Sequence record: MN850590.1
DNA length: 64,000 bases
Source of the DNA: Escherichia phage moha
Direction: 5' to 3' (one strand)
Shown: one piece after another, positions 46,667-56,013 of the stretch
Layout of the letters: each line of letters begins with the position of its first letter
Numbering within the stretch: the first letter of the stretch is position 1
Position numbers and translations under genes: made by a program
Notes under the pieces: generated by a model
Seen by the model: the letters and a program-made list of their open reading frames with translations, nothing else
Databases searched by the model: none
Told to the model about the DNA's origin: nothing

Positions 46667-49378
46667 ATGAAAGAATTTTACTTAACGGTTGAACAGATTG
46701 GTGATTCAATTTTTGAACGTTACATCGATTCTAATGGCCGTGAACGTACTCGTGAAGTAGAATATAAACCATCACTGTTTGCTCATTGTCCAGAAAGTCA
46801 GGCTACGAAATATTTCGATATCTACGGTAAGCCGTGTACTCGTAAGTTGTTCGCCAATATGCGTGATGCCTCCCAATGGATTAAACGCATGGAAGATATC
46901 GGTCTTGAAGCATTAGGTATGGACGATTTCAAATTGGCGTATTTGTCTGACACTTATAACTATGAAATCAAATACGACCATACAAAAATTCGTGTGGCTA
47001 ACTTCGACATCGAAGTAACATCTCCAGATGGGTTCCCTGAGCCGTCACAAGCAAAACATCCGATTGATGCTATCACCCATTATGACTCAATTGACGACAG
47101 GTTCTACGTATTTGATCTATTGAATTCTCCATATGGTAATGTAGAAGAATGGTCTATTGAAATCGCTGCTAAGCTTCAAGAACAAGGCGGTGATGAAGTT
47201 CCATCCGAAATTATCGATAAAATCATTTATATGCCGTTCGATAACGAAAAAGAATTGTTGATGGAATATCTCAACTTCTGGCAACAGAAAACTCCTGTCA
47301 TTTTGACTGGATGGAACGTTGAGTCATTTGATATTCCATATGTGTATAACCGAATCAAGAATATTTTTGGCGAATCTACTGCGAAACGTTTATCACCACA
47401 TCGTAAAACTCGTGTTAAAGTTATCGAAAACATGTATGGTTCTCGTGAAATCATTACATTGTTCGGTATCTCTGTTCTTGATTACATTGACCTTTACAAA
47501 AAATTCTCTTTTACCAATCAACCGTCGTATTCTCTGGATTACATTTCAGAATTTGAATTGAACGTTGGTAAACTGAAATATGACGGCCCTATTTCTAAGC
47601 TTCGTGAAAGCAATCACCAACGATATATTTCTTATAACATTATCGACGTGTATCGTGTATTGCAAATTGATGCTAAGCGTCAGTTCATCAACTTGAGTTT
47701 GGACATGGGTTATTATGCTAAGATACAGATTCAATCTGTGTTTAGCCCAATTAAAACATGGGATGCTATTATTTTTAATAGCCTTAAAGAGCAGAACAAG
47801 GTGATTCCACAAGGTCGTTCTCACCCTGTTCAACCTTATCCTGGCGCTTTTGTTAAGGAACCTATTCCAAATCGATACAAATATGTAATGAGTTTCGACC
47901 TTACATCTCTGTATCCAAGTATTATTCGCCAAGTGAATATTAGCCCAGAAACAATAGCAGGAACGTTTAAAGTAGCTCCATTGCATGATTATATTAACGC
48001 AATCGCTGAACGTCCTTCTGATGTGTACAGTTGTTCTCCTAACGGCATGATGTATTATAAAGACCGTGACGGTGTTGTTCCAACTGAAATCACTAAGGTC
48101 TTTAATCAACGTAAAGAACATAAAGGTTATATGCTTGCGGCTCAACGTAATGGTGAAATAATTAAAGAGGCACTGCATAATCCTAATCTTTCTGTTGACG
48201 AACCATTAGATGTTGATTATCGTTTCGACTTCAGTGATGAGATTAAAGAAAAGATTAAAAAGTTGTCTGCTAAATCTCTTAATGAAATGTTGTTTAGAGC
48301 TCAACGTACTGAAGTTGCAGGTATGACTGCACAGATTAACCGTAAATTGCTTATCAACTCACTTTATGGTGCACTTGGCAACGTTTGGTTCCGTTATTAT
48401 GATTTGCGTAATGCTACTGCAATCACAACATTCGGTCAAATGGCTTTACAGTGGATTGAACGTAAAGTTAATGAATATCTGAATGAAGTTTGTGGTACAG
48501 AAGGTGAAGCTTTCGTTCTTTATGGTGATACAGACTCTATTTACGTATCTGCTGATAAAATTATCGATAAGGTTGGTGAATCTAAATTCCGTGATACCAA
48601 CCATTGGGTAGACTTCTTAGATAAGTTCGCACGTGAACGTATGGAACCGGCTATTGATAGAGGTTTCCGTGAAATGTGTGAATACATGAACAATAAACAA
48701 CACTTAATGTTCATGGACCGAGAAGCTATCGCTGGTCCTCCGCTCGGTTCTAAAGGTATTGGTGGATTCTGGACTGGTAAGAAACGTTATGCATTAAACG
48801 TTTGGGATATGGAAGGTACTCGTTACGCTGAGCCTAAACTCAAAATCATGGGTCTAGAGACTCAGAAATCTTCGACTCCTAAAGCAGTACAGAAAGCTCT
48901 TAAAGAATGTATTCGTCGTATGCTTCAAGAAGGTGAAGAATCATTACAAGAATATTTTAAAGAGTTTGAAAAAGAATTCCGTCAATTGAATTATATTAGC
49001 ATCGCGTCGGTATCTTCTGCGAATAACATTGCTAAATATGACGTTGGTGGATTCCCTGGTCCTAAATGTCCGTTCCATATTCGTGGAATTCTGACGTATA
49101 ACCGGGCTATCAAAGGTAATATTGATGCTCCACAAGTTGTAGAAGGTGAAAAAGTATATGTTCTGCCTTTACGTGAAGGAAACCCATTCGGTGATAAATG
49201 TATCGCATGGCCTTCTGGTACTGAAATCACAGATTTAATTAAAGACGACGTACTTCATTGGATGGACTACACTGTTCTCCTTGAGAAGACATTTATTAAA
49301 CCACTTGAAGGATTCACATCAGCAGCGAAACTCGATTACGAGAAGAAAGCATCTCTGTTCGATATGTTCGATTTTTGA
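46667..49378 (+). CDS. 43: DNA polymerase gp43 (family B)
   Basis: 903 aa; exo motif FDIEV, pol motifs SLYPSI and YGDTDS; N-terminus matches RB69 gp43 as recalled. Confidence 0.97.
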   Translation: MKEFYLTVEQIGDSIFERYIDSNGRERTREVEYKPSLFAHCPESQATKYFDIYGKPCTRKLFANMRDASQWIKRMEDIGLEALGMDDFKLAYLSDTYNYEIKYDHTKIRVANFDIEVTSPDGFPEPSQAKHPIDAITHYDSIDDRFYVFDLLNSPYGNVEEWSIEIAAKLQEQGGDEVPSEIIDKIIYMPFDNEKELLMEYLNFWQQKTPVILTGWNVESFDIPYVYNRIKNIFGESTAKRLSPHRKTRVKVIENMYGSREIITLFGISVLDYIDLYKKFSFTNQPSYSLDYISEFELNVGKLKYDGPISKLRESNHQRYISYNIIDVYRVLQIDAKRQFINLSLDMGYYAKIQIQSVFSPIKTWDAIIFNSLKEQNKVIPQGRSHPVQPYPGAFVKEPIPNRYKYVMSFDLTSLYPSIIRQVNISPETIAGTFKVAPLHDYINAIAERPSDVYSCSPNGMMYYKDRDGVVPTEITKVFNQRKEHKGYMLAAQRNGEIIKEALHNPNLSVDEPLDVDYRFDFSDEIKEKIKKLSAKSLNEMLFRAQRTEVAGMTAQINRKLLINSLYGALGNVWFRYYDLRNATAITTFGQMALQWIERKVNEYLNEVCGTEGEAFVLYGDTDSIYVSADKIIDKVGESKFRDTNHWVDFLDKFARERMEPAIDRGFREMCEYMNNKQHLMFMDREAIAGPPLGSKGIGGFWTGKKRYALNVWDMEGTRYAEPKLKIMGLETQKSSTPKAVQKALKECIRRMLQEGEESLQEYFKEFEKEFRQLNYISIASVSSANNIAKYDVGGFPGPKCPFHIRGILTYNRAIKGNIDAPQVVEGEKVYVLPLREGNPFGDKCIAWPSGTEITDLIKDDVLHWMDYTVLLEKTFIKPLEGFTSAAKLDYEKKASLFDMFDF

Positions 49379-49418
49379 TATAATACCATGGACGGTAAAC
49401 TAATTAAATGAGAGAAAT

Positions 49419-50054
49419 ATGAAAACTACTCCTATTACTATCGCTATTGACGCAATCGTAAAACAAGCTTCTTCTTTGGCTACTATGGCCAAAGTAATTA
49501 GTCAAAACCCTGCTCGTTATAATGCTATTCTAGAAACTCTTCGACGCCCAGGACTTAGCAATTATGAAAGCCGAGTAATTATTACAGGTGTTGGTAAGAA
49601 TGCTAATATTGCAACTAAAGCTTCTGAGACATTTGCTTCACTCGGTATCCCAAGTATGTACTTGAACACCGGGCATTATTCTCACGGTGATGCAGGATTC
49701 ATTGCGCCTAATGATGTGTTGATTCATATTAGTCGTTCTGGTAAGACCGAAGAAATGATAGGTGTTGCTAAACATCTTCGTATGATTCGTCCGAACGTCA
49801 AACAGATTCTGTTGCATTGTAACCCAGACATTCCACAAGAAAATGAAGCCCTTTTTGATTACTCTTTCTGTACAGGCATCGCAGTAGAGGTTGACGAGAA
49901 CTCTTTAGCTCCGACTATGTCTACTACATTGTTGTTAGCGCTTATCGATACGTTTGCTATCAACCTTTCGTCTGAGCGTGGATTTACCTCTAATGACTTC
50001 CTTAAGTTCCACCCTGGTGGTGCACTAGGTGCCATGTTACGAGGCGAACAATGA
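49419..50054 (+). CDS. SIS-domain sugar-phosphate isomerase (KdsD/GutQ arabinose-5-phosphate isomerase-like)
   Basis: 211 aa; GVGKNANIATK...HGDAGF...ISRSGKTEE aligns with KdsD SIS core GMGKSGHIG..HGDLGM..ISNSGES. Confidence 0.8.
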   Translation: MKTTPITIAIDAIVKQASSLATMAKVISQNPARYNAILETLRRPGLSNYESRVIITGVGKNANIATKASETFASLGIPSMYLNTGHYSHGDAGFIAPNDVLIHISRSGKTEEMIGVAKHLRMIRPNVKQILLHCNPDIPQENEALFDYSFCTGIAVEVDENSLAPTMSTTLLLALIDTFAINLSSERGFTSNDFLKFHPGGALGAMLRGEQ

Positions 50055-50194
50055 AAGCAATAACAATAGGACTTTTACTATTGATGCTTGTCATGACTAT
50101 CTACTGGAGCTTAACAGCTCCAGTAATGATTCCAACACTTGTAATTGGATGGATTATGATTGGACTACAAGCAAAGTATGAATGCTTTAACTAG
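50051..50194 (+). CDS. possible 47-aa membrane peptide (not in ORF track)
   Basis: ATGA overlap with SIS gene stop; hydrophobic with IGWIMIG; sits where T4 imm lies. Confidence 0.4.
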   Translation: MKAITIGLLLLMLVMTIYWSLTAPVMIPTLVIGWIMIGLQAKYECFN

Positions 50195-50235
50195 AATAGT
50201 GTACAATACTCCTACTTACCAATGAGGACTTCAAC

Positions 50236-51921
50236 ATGAAAAAAGCTGTTATTCTTGGTGCTGGATTGGCAACTCGTTTATATCCAATAACGCATCATAT
50301 TCCTAAGGTGCTTGTTAACTATAAACAAGACACTATTCTGAGCAATTTGTATACAATTTATTCTGACCTTGGCGCAGATGAAATTATTGTAGTAGTTCAT
50401 TCAAAATTTGCTGAAACTGTTCGAGCTTATTGTGAGCAAGAAGGGTTCAATGTGACTATTCGTACAGTTGATGAAGCGTATGGATCTGCTTATGCTCTTG
50501 CTAAATTACACAAAGATTTAGACGGCCATAATGTAATTGTTAACTGGTGTGATATTATTCCTGATTTTGGTTCATGGTCTTGGAATGTTAACGCAATCTA
50601 TGTTAAAGGTGACGAATGTCGATATAATTTCGACGGTGAAAATATCACTAACGTAGGTTCAACAGGTGGTAATGTTGTAGGAATTTATCAGTTCAAAGAC
50701 TGGGAATTCTATATGGGTTCTACTGATGAAGAAATTCATGAATACTGCAAAGGACGTGATTTCGTAGAATTCCTTTACGCCAGCGCATTCAATAAATCAG
50801 AGCTTATGAATCTAATTGATTTAGGTGATATGCCTAAACTTGAAAAGGCTCATGAAGTTCGTGAACTTAATCGTAGTTTTAATGCAGTTGAAATTGGTGA
50901 AGAAACTGTAACTAAATTCGCATTGACCGAACAGGGTCGAGCTCTTCAGAAAGATGAGATTTCATGGTATCTTAAAGTGAAATCGGATTCAGTTCCTCAG
51001 TTAGTTTCTGTTAATGAAAATAACTTTGAAATGGAACGCATTAAAGGTAAGCCGGCATTTGAATATATTAAATCCAAATCAAGTCTTGCTCGTCCACAAA
51101 TTGTTGATGCAATTTTAGATGCACTGAAATTCAGCACAGACACTTATTTTGTAAGTCCTGAAACTGTTCGTCGTGATTTCACTAAAGAATTCTATACGAA
51201 AGTTATTGATCGTTGTGAAAGCATTCAACCATTGATTGATTCATTTGGTAAAATCACGCATGTGAACTACACTAAGATTGGACGTCTGAAGCCAATGCTG
51301 AAACAAGCTTTAGAACACCTTATTCGTTATCATAACCGTTCTCAGGGGCAGTACTCTGTTATTCACGGTGACCCGAACTTCAGTAATACTATGATTACTG
51401 ATAACGGCGAAGTCAAGTTTATCGACCCTCGTGGATATTTTGGCGAAACCAAGATTTACGGGCCAAAATTGTATGATGAAGCTAAAGTGCTTTATGCTGT
51501 TTCAGGTTATGATGAATTCAATGCTAATCCGACCTGGGGACAGTTTACTATTGATGAAACAACTTGTAATGTGACTATTAACATCAATCCATTAGTTTAC
51601 AAATATGGAAAGATGAGTTCGTTTAACGAGTATCATCATTTGGCAGTGGCAATTATCTGGATTGCATTAGGTGGTTATTTCAAGAATAATCCACTTAAAG
51701 CGGTAGCCGCATATTATAAAGGTATGGAACTTCTGACTAAGCAATTACGTAACATGGGCCGTGTACTTCAGGACGGCTCTATTAGTTATGACGTAGCAGA
51801 ACCTGTAACGGCTACTCTGATTACAAAAAATCCTGGTAAATGGGTACTAACTGATAAAGAAACTGGTGTTTCCTATCGTCCAATCGGTGGCGATATCACT
51901 CATCAATGGGAACGAATCTAA
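50236..51921 (+). CDS. bifunctional sugar-1-phosphate nucleotidyltransferase / APH-choline-kinase-like sugar kinase
   Basis: 561 aa; N-terminal ILGAGLATRL nucleotidyltransferase loop; C-terminal HGDPNFSN...FIDPRGYFG kinase catalytic/Mg motifs. Confidence 0.85.
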   Translation: MKKAVILGAGLATRLYPITHHIPKVLVNYKQDTILSNLYTIYSDLGADEIIVVVHSKFAETVRAYCEQEGFNVTIRTVDEAYGSAYALAKLHKDLDGHNVIVNWCDIIPDFGSWSWNVNAIYVKGDECRYNFDGENITNVGSTGGNVVGIYQFKDWEFYMGSTDEEIHEYCKGRDFVEFLYASAFNKSELMNLIDLGDMPKLEKAHEVRELNRSFNAVEIGEETVTKFALTEQGRALQKDEISWYLKVKSDSVPQLVSVNENNFEMERIKGKPAFEYIKSKSSLARPQIVDAILDALKFSTDTYFVSPETVRRDFTKEFYTKVIDRCESIQPLIDSFGKITHVNYTKIGRLKPMLKQALEHLIRYHNRSQGQYSVIHGDPNFSNTMITDNGEVKFIDPRGYFGETKIYGPKLYDEAKVLYAVSGYDEFNANPTWGQFTIDETTCNVTININPLVYKYGKMSSFNEYHHLAVAIIWIALGGYFKNNPLKAVAAYYKGMELLTKQLRNMGRVLQDGSISYDVAEPVTATLITKNPGKWVLTDKETGVSYRPIGGDITHQWERI

Positions 51922-52307
51922 TGCCCCGTGTAGAAAACATGCTTAATCTTTGTTTTGATGTCGATGATTGCATCACGGAATGGAATAACAATCGTGATTA
52001 CGTGAACTTCAAACCAGACGTCGAAATGGTGTCTGCCATTAATGCCCTGTATGATGCAGGGCATACCATAACGCTTTACACTGCTCGTGGTATGAAGTCA
52101 GTAGGTCCTGGTCGTATAGCAATTGACATTCTCCCAAGTCTGATTCAGAACTTGGAAAACATTGGTTTGAAGTACCATAATTTGCTAACACATAAACCAG
52201 TATATGATTGGATTATCGACGACAAAGCTATGCGTCCTGATGAATTCAAAGCTCTTATGAATAAAGGCGAATTCGAAACATTTAAATCATATAAACCAAA
52301 TCTATAA
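51921..52307 (+). CDS. HAD-superfamily phosphatase
   Basis: 128 aa from ATG 51921 (TAATG overlap); motif I FDVDDCIT, later TARG and IIDDK. Confidence 0.75.
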   Translation: MPRVENMLNLCFDVDDCITEWNNNRDYVNFKPDVEMVSAINALYDAGHTITLYTARGMKSVGPGRIAIDILPSLIQNLENIGLKYHNLLTHKPVYDWIIDDKAMRPDEFKALMNKGEFETFKSYKPNL

Positions 52308-52364
52308 TAATTTAAGTAAGACCTGCAAAAACCATCGCATCAATTAACGTGAGATGCAAAAAAA

Positions 52365-53525
52365 ATGAATACTTTTAAAATCGGAACGAATTTTGATTTA
52401 GCTCTTCTTGATAAAATCGTAGAGCTCAATAAAACCTATCCTAATAGCTTGATAAACGAAGTATATGGCTCTACAAGAGAAATGGCTTTTGTAGCAGCCA
52501 GACCTGATTTTAGGCTTCCTGACGTTGACAAAAAGATGTTAGAAGACTACGTTAAACGTTGTAACGAATTAGGTATTTGCTTTAACTATACACTCAACAC
52601 GATAAATCCTGGTTCAAAAAGAGAACTAGTTGAGTGGAAGAAGAAAGCTATTCAGGATTATGTTCAGTATCTTTGGTCAATAGGCGTATGGCGTATTACT
52701 ATCGCTAACCCTGTTGTTATGGAAATTGTTCGTGAAGTCAATAAAGATATTGAGATTGAAGTTTCAACAATTCTACATGTCGATGCTGTAACTCAAATAA
52801 AATACTTGCATGACCAATATAACATCAAAAAGGTCTGTTGCGGAATTCATAAGAACCGTTCAGTTTCTTTCCTGAAGCGTGCAGCAGAGTTTTGCAATAA
52901 GAACAATATAATATTTGAAGTTCTTGTAAATGAGTTCTGTTCTAATGCTGGTAAAGGGTATACAACACATTGTAGCTATCGTGACTCTTGCTATATTTTC
53001 CATAGTACTGATGTTACCGCTGATGATGCTAAATCCTTAAATGGATATCCAATGCAACACTGCATTAAAGCTCGTGATACAGACCCATTTAACTGGCTGA
53101 GAACTCGTTTTGTTCGTCCTCAAGATTTGAAACTTTATAATGATATTGGTATCACTCAATTCAAAGTTTCAGGACGTACAGGTAGCACAGACTACATTTT
53201 GAAAGTTCTTGAAGCATACGCTTCTGAAAAGTTTGAAGGTAATTTGTTAGAACTGTGGAAGCCTTTAGAGACTATTTTCACTCTTGAAAACGAAACTGAG
53301 TTTTCACATACAGTAAATATTGAAACCTCTTTGTTAGATGGCTTTTTAGAAAAAAGGTGGTTCAGACATCCAGATTTCGATTGTGCTAATGAAATCTGCG
53401 GGACGACGTGTACATATTGTGAAAGATATTATAAACGTCAATTATCTAAAAACGGGTTAGCAGAAAACTCTATATCTATTATTGATATAACTAACTCTGA
53501 TGACGCTTTGAGGTACCCGGAATGA
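52365..53525 (+). CDS. hypothetical protein with C-terminal Cys cluster
   Basis: 386 aa; CANEICGTTCTYC (C-x3-C-x3-C-x2-C) near C-terminus; no confident fold. Confidence 0.85.
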   Translation: MNTFKIGTNFDLALLDKIVELNKTYPNSLINEVYGSTREMAFVAARPDFRLPDVDKKMLEDYVKRCNELGICFNYTLNTINPGSKRELVEWKKKAIQDYVQYLWSIGVWRITIANPVVMEIVREVNKDIEIEVSTILHVDAVTQIKYLHDQYNIKKVCCGIHKNRSVSFLKRAAEFCNKNNIIFEVLVNEFCSNAGKGYTTHCSYRDSCYIFHSTDVTADDAKSLNGYPMQHCIKARDTDPFNWLRTRFVRPQDLKLYNDIGITQFKVSGRTGSTDYILKVLEAYASEKFEGNLLELWKPLETIFTLENETEFSHTVNIETSLLDGFLEKRWFRHPDFDCANEICGTTCTYCERYYKRQLSKNGLAENSISIIDITNSDDALRYPE

Positions 53526-53761
53526 TTTCTAGAAAAACTTTTAACCACCAACTTAATGAAGAGATTTTGACTATGAAACTGAACACTAATGAACAAATTC
53601 TTAAAAAGGCCCTGATGGGCCTTTTTGAAACTAAAGCGGCTAAAGTGATTAAAGAACCTGTTCAATTAGAATACTACGCTGATGCATTTCTTCATAGTGT
53701 TCTTGGAAGTATCGATGCCGAAGCTTTACGTTATATCAATATTGCCAAGAAATTCAAATAA
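53522..53761 (+). CDS. hypothetical small protein (doubtful)
   Basis: 79 aa; contains terminator-like hairpin GGCCC-tgat-GGGCC TTTTT at 53606-53624. Confidence 0.45.
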   Translation: MISRKTFNHQLNEEILTMKLNTNEQILKKALMGLFETKAAKVIKEPVQLEYYADAFLHSVLGSIDAEALRYINIAKKFK

Positions 53762-53784
53762 GCTTTACGAATTGAGTATATAAT
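53762..53784 (+). promoter_or_regulatory. possible middle promoter
   Basis: GCTTTA box, 11 bp, TATAAT; the box motif is duplicated 40 bp upstream. Confidence 0.4.
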
Positions 53785-53802
53785 AATTGTATTGAGGTAA
53801 AC

Positions 53803-54519
53803 ATGGGAAAACATAACACAATGAAATATATCAAAGCCGCAGATTTTCAAACCGCATTTAAAGCAGTCAATCGTGAAATTTTAGAAAACCCGGAATTCGT
53901 AACTGATTCTCGTATTGGACGTTGTAATGAAATTGGGTCTATGACAGTAGTTGTTGACACTCCATCATCATTCAAAATGACCGACCCACGTATTAACCGC
54001 ATCTCTTATGAATATGCCGAAGACTTCTGGAAGTTTATGATTTCTGGTGGTACCAACGCAGAAGAAGCGTTTAAGGCATATCCTAATGTCGCTAAATTTA
54101 TTTCTAAACCAAAATCAGATGTTTTGCCGGCGAACTTCAACACTTTCTATGGTCCTCGCATTGCGGCTCAATTACCAGCTCTTCTAAAAGAACTTAAAGA
54201 GAAGCCTAACTCTCGAAGAGTTGTGTTCCAAATTCTAGAAAGTTCTGATCAGGCTTTGCTTGATTCGGACGAAACGCTTGAATATCCATGTACTGACTCA
54301 GTGACTTATTATATTCGTGATGGTAAGCTTTATACCCACTGTCATATGCGTTCTCAGAACTGTGCTGTTGTTATGCAGTTGGATTTTTATCTCCAAGGAA
54401 AATTACTTCATTATATCGCTAACGAATGTGGTGTAGAAGTTGGTGATTATACTCATACCATGGTAAGTGCCCATGTGTTTGAACGTGATTTTGATTATGT
54501 TAAAGGATTCCTTGACTAA
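53803..54519 (+). CDS. 42: thymidylate-synthase-fold pyrimidine hydroxymethylase (gp42-like dCMP hydroxymethylase, divergent)
   Basis: 238 aa; NSRR...YPCTDSVTYYIRD...MRSQN pattern parallels T4 gp42 DSRR...MCTNTVQYLIRD...MRSND. Confidence 0.7.
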   Translation: MGKHNTMKYIKAADFQTAFKAVNREILENPEFVTDSRIGRCNEIGSMTVVVDTPSSFKMTDPRINRISYEYAEDFWKFMISGGTNAEEAFKAYPNVAKFISKPKSDVLPANFNTFYGPRIAAQLPALLKELKEKPNSRRVVFQILESSDQALLDSDETLEYPCTDSVTYYIRDGKLYTHCHMRSQNCAVVMQLDFYLQGKLLHYIANECGVEVGDYTHTMVSAHVFERDFDYVKGFLD

Positions 54520-55418
54520 TGGCTATTTTCCGCGTACCTATCTTGAGTATGCGGTCTTATGAAACTGGACAGTATGCTATCCTTAAGGATGGCAACTTCC
54601 AACTTCATTTGCACCGTGCTAATCCAGGTGATGTGATTACATATCCACGTAATGCATCTGATATTAAAGAATGTGAACGTCTTTTCCCAGAATTTAAGTT
54701 TGTTCCATTATGGTATAAAGATAACGCGTATAACACTCGTAAATATTTCTGGTCTGAAAATGAATTTGTGGTTGATTCATTAATTGCTTATTATGATTGT
54801 GATTTTCTAATCACAGATATCACTGGATATGATGGTGCTTTTGATGTAGAATTCAATTTCAATATCACTGCAGACCCTAATAAACCACGTTTTTATATTG
54901 ACGAATTCTTAAAAACTGATATGTTGTCGGTTAATCGTTCACTTCAAACTACTGTGTTGAATGAACGTCAAAAAGAAGTGCTGGTTAACGCAGGTGCAAA
55001 TGGTAATAAGATTATCGTAACGCAGAAAGTTATACGTCCTTCCATCATGCAGCGTCTTGTAGGTGATTTGGCTCCTATTCATCTAGATGGTATTTTTCAT
55101 CCATTTCGAATTAGTGACCCATGCTATCGTTTTGAACAAGTGGTTGAATGTGCAATTCAATTAGGTCAACCGCTTTATATAACCGATCCAAATAATAGCT
55201 TCGACAGAAATAAGTATCCTGAAGAAGCGTTGATTCGAATTTTTAAACCAACTAAAACTGAGTACTATCAAATTCTTAAAGGACGTCCGAAGATTCAATA
55301 TTTCGAAAATCCTGAAGAAGTATTCCATCCAGGTCTTGGTGAGTTCATCTACTTTAATGCTTTAATTTCTTCGCCGTATAATATACCTAAATACGAAGAT
55401 GTCGTAATCGAGGAATAA
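54519..55418 (+). CDS. hypothetical protein at beta-glucosyltransferase position (candidate transferase)
   Basis: 299 aa; TAATG overlap with upstream gene; no motif recognised. Confidence 0.8.
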   Translation: MAIFRVPILSMRSYETGQYAILKDGNFQLHLHRANPGDVITYPRNASDIKECERLFPEFKFVPLWYKDNAYNTRKYFWSENEFVVDSLIAYYDCDFLITDITGYDGAFDVEFNFNITADPNKPRFYIDEFLKTDMLSVNRSLQTTVLNERQKEVLVNAGANGNKIIVTQKVIRPSIMQRLVGDLAPIHLDGIFHPFRISDPCYRFEQVVECAIQLGQPLYITDPNNSFDRNKYPEEALIRIFKPTKTEYYQILKGRPKIQYFENPEEVFHPGLGEFIYFNALISSPYNIPKYEDVVIEE

Positions 55419-55419
55419 A

Positions 55420-55968
55420 ATGGCTAAAATTATTTTAGTAGACGGCCCAGATAATGCTGGTAAAACAACTTTCATTAATGACATAATGGAAATTAGTGAA
55501 AGATATGTAAAGATTGATTTCCCTAAACGAACAGTTGATGGACGTTTCGATGTTAAGTCTCGAAATGAAGTTGGCTGTTTCGAAACGATGTTGAATTATT
55601 TAGACCCTACTAAGATTTATCTGTTAGACCGTGGATATATTAGTAACTGGGTTTATGGACGTATTCGACAAGATGCGGACTCGGTTCTTGATGTTTATGA
55701 ACAGGATTATGTTCGTCTTTGCCAAAACCATGATGTGTTCACAATTATTTTAACACGTAACGAAATGACTGAAAGTTTTGAAGACGACCTTATTACTTTG
55801 TCTTCATTCGGTTTTAATACAGTCATTTCACATTTTGAAGAGTTTGCAATTCATAACAAAATCCAAACGTATCAATTACTTAATCATGATGGTGCTAACA
55901 AAGTTATAGGATTTAATGCAAGCGAACGTAATGATTTGATTACAGAAATCATCAAATGGGCTCGTTAA
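55420..55968 (+). CDS. P-loop kinase (nucleoside/nucleotide kinase-like)
   Basis: 182 aa; Walker A VDGPDNAGKTT; LLDRGY motif. Confidence 0.8.
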   Translation: MAKIILVDGPDNAGKTTFINDIMEISERYVKIDFPKRTVDGRFDVKSRNEVGCFETMLNYLDPTKIYLLDRGYISNWVYGRIRQDADSVLDVYEQDYVRLCQNHDVFTIILTRNEMTESFEDDLITLSSFGFNTVISHFEEFAIHNKIQTYQLLNHDGANKVIGFNASERNDLITEIIKWAR

Positions 55969-55987
55969 GAGCCATTTAAAGTTTTAA

Positions 55988-56013
55988 ATGCTGTATAACC
56001 CTTAGTATATAAT
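55988..56013 (+). promoter_or_regulatory. possible middle promoter for uvsX
   Basis: ATGCTGTA box, ~13 bp, TATAAT. Confidence 0.35.

Noticed and set aside
47546-48178. 210-aa minus-strand ORF
   Set aside because: Lies inside DNA polymerase gene 43 on the opposite strand.
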